Assembly (NCBI GenBank): GCA_943358385.1
Contig: CALRGX010000004.1
Coordinates: forward strand, 10,610-74,609
Direction of reading: 5' to 3'
DNA length: 64,000 bases
From: Parcubacteria group bacterium
Lineage (GTDB): Bacteria > Patescibacteriota > Minisyncoccia > Phycocordibacterales > UBA2100
Shown: one piece after another, positions 57,874-64,000 of the stretch
Position numbering within the stretch: the first letter of the stretch is position 1
Layout: each line of letters begins with the position of its first letter
The notes under the pieces: model-generated
The model's database searches: none
Told to the model about the DNA's origin: nothing
Seen by the model: the letters and a program-made list of their open reading frames with translations, nothing else
Translations under genes and position numbers: made by a program

Positions 57874-58706
57874 CTGACGAAGGGAAACAAGAACAGGTCT
57901 ATGAGCGGTAGGTGTAGGTGGTAGGTGAGCTGTAGCCATACGATAAAAGCTCCGGAAATGAGAAATGGCCCAAAAGGAACTTCGCTGTTCATTGTAAACC
58001 CCACACGGTACCGCCTCAATCGCGGAGAGACGAGGTACGTGTATAACCGTGCAAAGTGTGGCCACGGCATCAGTATGAACACCGATACAAGTGCACCGAT
58101 AACAAACGCGAGAAAAACCGCTGCAGTGCCATAGAGTGGCCCCAAAAGAGCCCCCATAGAGAGCGCAAGCTTCACGTCACCAAACCCCATCGCCTTGCCG
58201 CTCGTTGCTACCCACAGTAACAAAAGCGGTATGGCGGGCACGGCAGCACCCACCACGAGGTACACCCACTCATTCGGCTGAGTAGCTGCAAAAGCGATTC
58301 CAAAGGCGGCGATGCACGCGGCATACGCCCACCCATCAGGAACGATAGTGTGGCGAATGTCGTAGGTAGAAATAAGAATCCAAAATGCAACGAGAACAAG
58401 AGCGCAGACATGAGCAAATGGAACCAGTGCCATACCGGCAACCGTCGCAAAGCCAAGTGCCGTCACTATTTCAACAAGCGGGTACTGCAGTGAGATGCGG
58501 CTGCCGCAGTGCACACACTGCCGTCGCATCGCCACCCATGACAAGACAGGCACGAGCATCAGTGGTGTGAGCGTTCCTCCACATGACAGACATCCACTTC
58601 TTCCTTGCAATGAGCGCCCAGTAAAACTTCTAAGCGCAACGACGTTTAGAAAGCTGCCGATGATGAGACCGAAAAGCCCGTGCGCAAGAATCCATAATGA
58701 AAACAT
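57870..58706 (-). CDS. pilD: Prepilin peptidase
   Basis: GSFLNVV, RSGCLSC..C..C..IS.QYPLVE, YDIRH, MGFGDVKL, VPFGPFL. Confidence 0.93.
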   Translation of the reverse strand: MFSLWILAHGLFGLIIGSFLNVVALRSFTGRSLQGRSGCLSCGGTLTPLMLVPVLSWVAMRRQCVHCGSRISLQYPLVEIVTALGFATVAGMALVPFAHVCALVLVAFWILISTYDIRHTIVPDGWAYAACIAAFGIAFAATQPNEWVYLVVGAAVPAIPLLLLWVATSGKAMGFGDVKLALSMGALLGPLYGTAAVFLAFVIGALVSVFILMPWPHFARLYTYLVSPRLRRYRVGFTMNSEVPFGPFLISGAFIVWLQLTYHLHLPLIDLFLFPFVR

Positions 58707-58714
58707 GGGTGTAA

Positions 58715-58911
58715 GTATACCCGCACACCTTCACATCCAAAACCAACAATCACCGTGAGCCGAGACTGTGGAACACGAACCACCATCTGCACACGGAGGG
58801 AGAAGGTGTGCGGGTATACCCTTCATTCACATCCAAAACAAACACTCACTGTGCGCGGATACTGAGAGACGCCAACGTTCGATGACCCGCAGAGGGAGAA
58901 GGTGTGCGGGT
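58715..58911. repeat. 18-bp inverted repeat plus degenerate ~96-nt tandem repeat
   Basis: GTATACCCGCACACCTTC (58715-58732) versus GAAGGTGTGCGGGTATAC (58802-58819) and a partial third copy at 58898-58911; TTCACATCCAAAAC occurs twice. Confidence 0.7.
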
Positions 58912-58969
58912 GCGCATACGATAATAAAAGAAAACCCGCCAGAGGCGGGTGTTTCTTTACGTGCGAGCC

Positions 58970-59389
58970 TTATGGCTGTACACAGAAGTTTGGATCAGCA
59001 CATGCTGTTGTTCCAACAGTACCATCCGCGTCTCCGTTGAGAGCCTGGTTTGAGGCGTCTTCAAGCGTTGCCATAATCACGTAGCTGCTTCCTGAAGAAA
59101 GCTGCTCGTAGGTGTATGCACCTCCTGATGGGTCGGCAGGAACTGCCGCCATGTATCCTGGAGTTACGAGGTTAGCCGCAAGAATTGCTGCTGGGTATTG
59201 CCCGTTTGCATCGTACGAGAGCTCAAGTGCGAGCTGCAACTGTTTGACGTCTGCAACGCGTCGTGCGTCACGGCCTTTGCGGCGAGCGGAGTTGAGTGAT
59301 GCTAGAACCACAGACGAGAGGATACCGATGATCGCAATCACTACCAGAAGCTCGATCAACGTAAAACCGCGTTTCGAATCTTTGAACAT
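58970..59389 (-). CDS. Type IV major pilin
   Basis: KRGFTLIELLVVIAIIGILSSVVLASL..AR.K.RDARR. Confidence 0.9.
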   Translation of the reverse strand: MFKDSKRGFTLIELLVVIAIIGILSSVVLASLNSARRKGRDARRVADVKQLQLALELSYDANGQYPAAILAANLVTPGYMAAVPADPSGGAYTYEQLSSGSSYVIMATLEDASNQALNGDADGTVGTTACADPNFCVQP

Positions 59390-59509
59390 AGTAAATTAGG
59401 TATTTTTAAATTCCTGATAATGAAAGCCAATGTTTTTACACGACCTGTGGGGTAATTATAGCTAAGGCTGGAGTACCCCCACCCACTCCTGTGGATAGCC
59501 AAAAAAGGG

Positions 59510-60718
59510 CTAGAACCCTGCGGAGATGTTGTAGATAGGAATCAAGACCGCAGCCAGGAGGAATGCGACACCGACAGCAAGTGAAACAATCATGAACGGT
59601 TCAATCAAACTCACCAATGTGTCGATAGAATTCGATACTTCGCGACGATAAAACTTCGACAGTGTGTCGAGAATTTGACTGAGGTTTCCGGTTTCTTCAC
59701 CAATTTTAATCATGGCCACCACCATGCCAGGAATTTCTGGATGCTTACGCAGCACTTCTGAAAGCGGCATACCTGCTTTTACATCATCAGCAGAATCGAT
59801 GAGTATTTTTTCATATACTGGATCATCCACCACTGACGCAGTAATTTCTATACCACGCACCATCTGAATACCGCTTCTGAGCATCGTCGCTAGGTTGTCG
59901 CTGAGTCGAGAAAGAAACAGTTGCTGGAAAATTGTTCCCACGTGCGGAATGGCAAGGCGCGCACGCGCCAAACCATGTCTCCCGCTTTCTGTGCGTGCGT
60001 ACTGAAATAGAAACACCGCTCCCACCACCACCAGTGCAACAAGCAAGAGAATATACTCGGCCATGAAGTTGGATATCCCGATCACGACACGTGTGTATAT
60101 AGGGATTTGCTGCCCCGTTTCCAAAAGGATGCCCGAGAGGCGCGGGATGACCAAGGTCATCATCATAACCATCACTACAATAAAGGTCATCATCACAAAC
60201 GCTGGATACACCAGCGCGTTGCGCGCTTTTTGGGTGATTTCGTAGTTGCGGTCCAAATAGTCGGCAAGGAAGCTGAACGTTTCGTCGAGTTTTCCCGCTT
60301 CTTCACCAGCCCGCACCATGTTTACGTAAAATGGAGAAAATACTTTTGGATGTTTTGAGAGCGCTGCAGAGATTGAGCTTCCTGATTGGATATCATTGGC
60401 GACTTCACTGAGCTTATCTGACAAAACGGGCGACTGTGACTCTGCCGCAAGCAGGCGGAATGCGCGCAACGCAGAAACTTGTGCCTCGAAGAGTGTCGTA
60501 ATTTGCCTCGAGAGCATTACGATATCTTTATTTTTTACCCCGCTAAACATTTCAATGTTCGAGCTCAAGATTGATTTATCACTGGCGCCATCGATACCCG
60601 ACACCACCAGACCGCGGCGTTGCAGCGCCGCGATTGCGACATCCATGTTCACCGCTTCGATAGTACCCTGACGCCCGTTGCCTTCTTTGTCGAGCGCATT
60701 GTAATTAAAAATAGCCAT
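59510..60718 (-). CDS. pilC: Type IV pilus platform protein PilC (GspF family)
   Basis: Two T2SSF domains, AGEEAGKL, ALVYP, IGEETG.L, LIEP. Confidence 0.93.
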   Translation of the reverse strand: MAIFNYNALDKEGNGRQGTIEAVNMDVAIAALQRRGLVVSGIDGASDKSILSSNIEMFSGVKNKDIVMLSRQITTLFEAQVSALRAFRLLAAESQSPVLSDKLSEVANDIQSGSSISAALSKHPKVFSPFYVNMVRAGEEAGKLDETFSFLADYLDRNYEITQKARNALVYPAFVMMTFIVVMVMMMTLVIPRLSGILLETGQQIPIYTRVVIGISNFMAEYILLLVALVVVGAVFLFQYARTESGRHGLARARLAIPHVGTIFQQLFLSRLSDNLATMLRSGIQMVRGIEITASVVDDPVYEKILIDSADDVKAGMPLSEVLRKHPEIPGMVVAMIKIGEETGNLSQILDTLSKFYRREVSNSIDTLVSLIEPFMIVSLAVGVAFLLAAVLIPIYNISAGF

Positions 60719-60721
60719 AGG

Positions 60722-61792
60722 TTAGAGGAGGCGGTCGAGCACGTTGGGATTCAGCGAGAATGAATACGCGTTTTCGACGGAAATTTCCCCACGACTGACG
60801 AGTTCTGCTAGGCAGCGGTTCATATCAATCATCCCTTCTCCTGAAGAGGTCTCGATGACCGTATTAATCTCGTGTGTTCGCCTTTCGCGAATCAAGTTTG
60901 CAATCGCTTTGTTATTGATGAGCAATTCATATGCAGGAATCAAGCCGCCGGTAATACGCGGTATGAGACGCTGAGAAAAAATGGCGACCAAAGACGAGGC
61001 CAACTGTAAGCGGATTTGATCCTGCTGTGTGGAAGGAAATGAATCGATGATGCGATCGATGGTTTGTGCGGCGTTATTGGTATGGAGCGTTGAAAACACG
61101 AGGTGTCCTGTTTCAGCCGCGGTAACCGCCGCAGACATCGTGGCTGGATCACGCATTTCACCAATCAGAATCACGTCTACATCCTGGCGAAATGCTGAAT
61201 AGAGCGCTGGTGCAAATCCTTTGGTATCAAGCCCTACTTCGCGCTGATCGATCAGCGACTGTTTTGGGGTATACACATATTCAATAGGATCCTCAATCGT
61301 CACAATATGCTCCATGCGCTCCGTATTGATGAGTTCTACGAGCGAGGCGAGAGTGGTGGATTTACCCTGCCCTACAGGCCCTACCACCAAGAAAAATCCC
61401 TGTGGTCGACGCGCGAACGACTCGACAATGTCGGGTAGATTCAACTCTTTCGTGGTGCGAATATCTTTTGGAATCAAACGCAGCGCAATACCTACAGCTC
61501 CGCGTTGGAAAAAGGCATTCCCGCGGAAACGAAGTCCTTCCGCCGTCTGGTATGCAAAGTCAACTTCGTGTTCCCGCAAAAAATGCTCTTTTTGTTCTGG
61601 AGTAAGGAGCACTTCGGCAAACCCCAGTGTATCTGCAGGAGAAAGCACTGCTTCTTTTAAGAGTGGCGCAAGAACACTCGCCACACGAATAGTAGGATGC
61701 GCTTCGGTAGAGAAATGTAAATCAGAACCACCTTCGTGCACGAGCACGTTGATATATTTTTTTAAGAGTTGAGGGTAGTCGAGTGATGCCAT
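60722..61792 (-). CDS. pilT: Type IV pilus retraction ATPase PilT
   Basis: SDLH, GPVGQGKSTT, TIEDPIEY, QREVG.D, GEMRD, AAETGHLVFSTLHT, AIANLIRE. Confidence 0.93.
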   Translation of the reverse strand: MASLDYPQLLKKYINVLVHEGGSDLHFSTEAHPTIRVASVLAPLLKEAVLSPADTLGFAEVLLTPEQKEHFLREHEVDFAYQTAEGLRFRGNAFFQRGAVGIALRLIPKDIRTTKELNLPDIVESFARRPQGFFLVVGPVGQGKSTTLASLVELINTERMEHIVTIEDPIEYVYTPKQSLIDQREVGLDTKGFAPALYSAFRQDVDVILIGEMRDPATMSAAVTAAETGHLVFSTLHTNNAAQTIDRIIDSFPSTQQDQIRLQLASSLVAIFSQRLIPRITGGLIPAYELLINNKAIANLIRERRTHEINTVIETSSGEGMIDMNRCLAELVSRGEISVENAYSFSLNPNVLDRLL

Positions 61793-61830
61793 AGATACCC
61801 CGAAAGAAAGATCTGGCTCGGGTACCACTA

Positions 61831-62229
61831 TTATGCACGAAGATGGCGCTGAATCGCCGTGGTGATGGTGTTGACAACTTCTGATGGAATAGTGGTTGCT
61901 TTCACAATGTACTCGTGTGCGCCAAGTTCTTCAGTCTTTTTTCGTTCTTCATCTGCACCTTGATTAGTGAGCGCAACTAAGACTGCGTTTTTAGCCAAGC
62001 CCTCATCGTGAATTGCGCGCAACAAATCAAACCCATCTTTGACTGGCATGACGAGATCAAATACCACCGCATCAGCAGGAAAACCACCTTTTAACGTATC
62101 GATCACTTCCTGCACTGCTAGACACGACTGAACGGTATACCCTTCTTGAGTAAACTTGAGACTATACATGTCGAGCAAAAATCGATCATCGTCGAGCAAA
62201 ATGATGTGGTAGTTTTTCTTTTCGGTCAT
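61831..62229 (-). CDS. Response regulator (CheY-like) in pilus operon
   Basis: LLDDD, FDLVMP..DG, LTN, YIVK; TATAAT before ATG 62229. Confidence 0.88.
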   Translation of the reverse strand: MTEKKNYHIILLDDDRFLLDMYSLKFTQEGYTVQSCLAVQEVIDTLKGGFPADAVVFDLVMPVKDGFDLLRAIHDEGLAKNAVLVALTNQGADEERKKTEELGAHEYIVKATTIPSEVVNTITTAIQRHLRA

Positions 62230-62236
62230 GCATTCA

Positions 62237-64000
62237 TTATAGCGCGATAGTGGTGCCACCTTCAGTATCAAGAGGATCCAGAGTCTCTACCGGTACTTCG
62301 GGCAAGACCGGTGGTGCCACCACATCAAGTGGGGCCACGGGTGGAGCAGGGACTTCTTCGGTCTCTAAAGAGAGTGCCGAAAGCGCACTTGCTTCACTGT
62401 ACGGTACTTTACCATCAAACACTTTCAGGAAGGCGTCTTCTTTCATGGTAAGCATGCCCTCTTTGCGTGCTTCAGCCCAAATGCGAGATTCAACTGGCTC
62501 TTTCAAAATGACATTCTCGATTTTTGGCGTCATCTGCATGAGTTCGATCACTGCCATACGACCACGCATACCAGTAGGACACGACGCCGTACGCTGTGCC
62601 TCGACAACCATATCAGGAATTTTTGGGCGTAGGTGCTCAGGGAGCGTGGCGAACTCAAGTTCCATCATGTGTCGCATACTTTCGGTAACAGGTACAGGTT
62701 TCTCGGCTCCAGGGCAGAGGGTGCGTACGAGGCGCTGTGCAATTGAAAGAATCAACACCGGTGGAATTAGGTACGGCTCTACTCCCATATCAATTAGGCG
62801 CGGAATAGTACCCACGGCGGAATTGGTGTGGATGGTCGAGAGCACCAGGTGACCCGTGAGCGCCGCCTGAATAGCCAATTTCGCCGTCTCACCGTCGCGG
62901 ATCTCACCTACCATGATCACATCCGGGTCCTGACGAAGTGTGGTGCGCAAACCATTCGCAAACGTATAGCCGATTTCTGGGCGCACCTGCGATTGCGTCA
63001 CCCCTTCCATGTAATATTCGACTGGATCTTCAAGCGAGAGCACATTTTTTTGTTCGCGATCTACTTCGGCAAGCATTGAGTAGAGCGTAGTTGATTTACC
63101 TGAACCGGTTGGGCCTGAGATAAGCACGAGCCCGTGAGAACGCCGCACCGCTTCGCGAATCAGTGCACTGTTGGCCGCCGAGAGACCCAGTTTTTCGAGA
63201 GAAACGAGACCTTCTTCTCGGTCGAGAATACGAATCACCACCTTTTCCCCATTGTACGAAGGGAATGTAGAAACACGGAAGTCAATCTTGCGTCCTTCAA
63301 TAGAAGCAGAGAAGCGACCGTCTTGCGGCTTGCGCTTTTCATCGAGTCGTATCGAGGAGAGTACTTTTACACGAGCGACCAGCGACCGATGGGTTTCAAA
63401 GGGCAGCACAACCGACGTATGCAAAATACCGTCCACGCGGTAGCGCACGCGCACACCGGTACTCGTTGGTTCGATGTGGATGTCGGATGCATTTCCATCA
63501 ATCGCATAGCGAAGGATAGTGGAAACCAACTTAATCGCAGGAGCATCTTCTTGAATAGCACCTGCCCCTGATGCGGAGGAGCCGGCCACTTTTTCGTTGA
63601 GGTCGAGCGATTCGGTACCACTACCATCGTCTTCGACGGGCGCGCTCGAGCCTTCAGAGTGCAGATCAGTGAGTGCCTGGTCGACATCACCGCCCAGCCC
63701 TTTGTACATGAGTTTTACCTTCTCGAAATCTTTTTCCGAAATCTGAAATACTTTAAAAGGGGTGCCGGTCTTGCGCGTAATGAAATTCAACGCATCAACG
63801 GCGCTCAAATTTTCTGGATCCACCATGCCCACATCAAGAACGCCGTCGGTCAATGCAATCGGTACGACCTTGTAGTGCAAGGCTGATTCCTGGGGAATAT
63901 ACGTGAGCACACTGTATGGGATTTTGTCTGACCCCAGCGCGCGCGTAGGCACCTCGTGTTCGTCAGGCGCTTCATACGTAATACCGGCGTCTACGCGTGC
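62237..64000 (-). CDS. pilB: Type IV pilus assembly ATPase PilB/GspE (5' end beyond window)
   Basis: ASDIHIEP, RKPQDGRF, GPTGSGKSTT, LRQDPDVIMVGEIRD, AALTGHLVLSTIHTN; frame open to window edge. Confidence 0.93.
   Translation of the reverse strand, partial: ARVDAGITYEAPDEHEVPTRALGSDKIPYSVLTYIPQESALHYKVVPIALTDGVLDVGMVDPENLSAVDALNFITRKTGTPFKVFQISEKDFEKVKLMYKGLGGDVDQALTDLHSEGSSAPVEDDGSGTESLDLNEKVAGSSASGAGAIQEDAPAIKLVSTILRYAIDGNASDIHIEPTSTGVRVRYRVDGILHTSVVLPFETHRSLVARVKVLSSIRLDEKRKPQDGRFSASIEGRKIDFRVSTFPSYNGEKVVIRILDREEGLVSLEKLGLSAANSALIREAVRRSHGLVLISGPTGSGKSTTLYSMLAEVDREQKNVLSLEDPVEYYMEGVTQSQVRPEIGYTFANGLRTTLRQDPDVIMVGEIRDGETAKLAIQAALTGHLVLSTIHTNSAVGTIPRLIDMGVEPYLIPPVLILSIAQRLVRTLCPGAEKPVPVTESMRHMMELEFATLPEHLRPKIPDMVVEAQRTASCPTGMRGRMAVIELMQMTPKIENVILKEPVESRIWAEARKEGMLTMKEDAFLKVFDGKVPYSEASALSALSLETEEVPAPPVAPLDVVAPPVLPEVPVETLDPLDTEGGTTIAL

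Noticed and set aside
59488-59500. DnaA-box-like CTGTGGATAG (similar words near 37772 and 39709)
   Set aside because: Isolated imperfect matches with no cluster or AT-rich unwinding region, so there is no support for oriC.

Overview
A gene-dense bacterial chromosome segment read with the standard code. Gene content suggests a Patescibacteria/CPR (Parcubacteria-like) genome; this is an inference from the shortened RF2, PIF1 helicase, type IV pilus cluster, WxL/dockerin-like surface operon and many orphan genes. Core genes include a MacAB-like ABC exporter, PIF1 helicase, GH18, a two-component pair, gpmA, engB, msrA, pyrG, ftsEX, prfB, tgt/queA, gatCA, ligA and a type IV pilus operon. There is also a cfa/DUF1365/FAD-oxidoreductase/DUF1295/TspO lipid-modification cluster and six tRNAs. 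The most unusual signal is non-coding. Four tRNA genes (Gln, Thr-GGT, Met/Ile2-CAT, Asp) are each followed by a hairpin, then an inverted copy of that tRNA's own 3' end, a structured 90-190 nt core, and a direct copy of the tRNA 3' end. The arms are tRNA-specific while core motifs are shared between loci. Both Thr tRNAs also carry upstream ~73-78 nt units containing mini-helix copies of their own acceptor stems. A GIY-YIG nuclease with a REP-like palindrome abuts one element. Other patterns: all six tRNA genes end in N73-CAA rather than CCA; core genes look leaderless (TANNNT 6-7 nt before the start) while orphan solo genes use Shine-Dalgarno sites; there are three apparent deletion scars, one in-frame-stop pseudogene and three tiny peptides missed by the ORF track.
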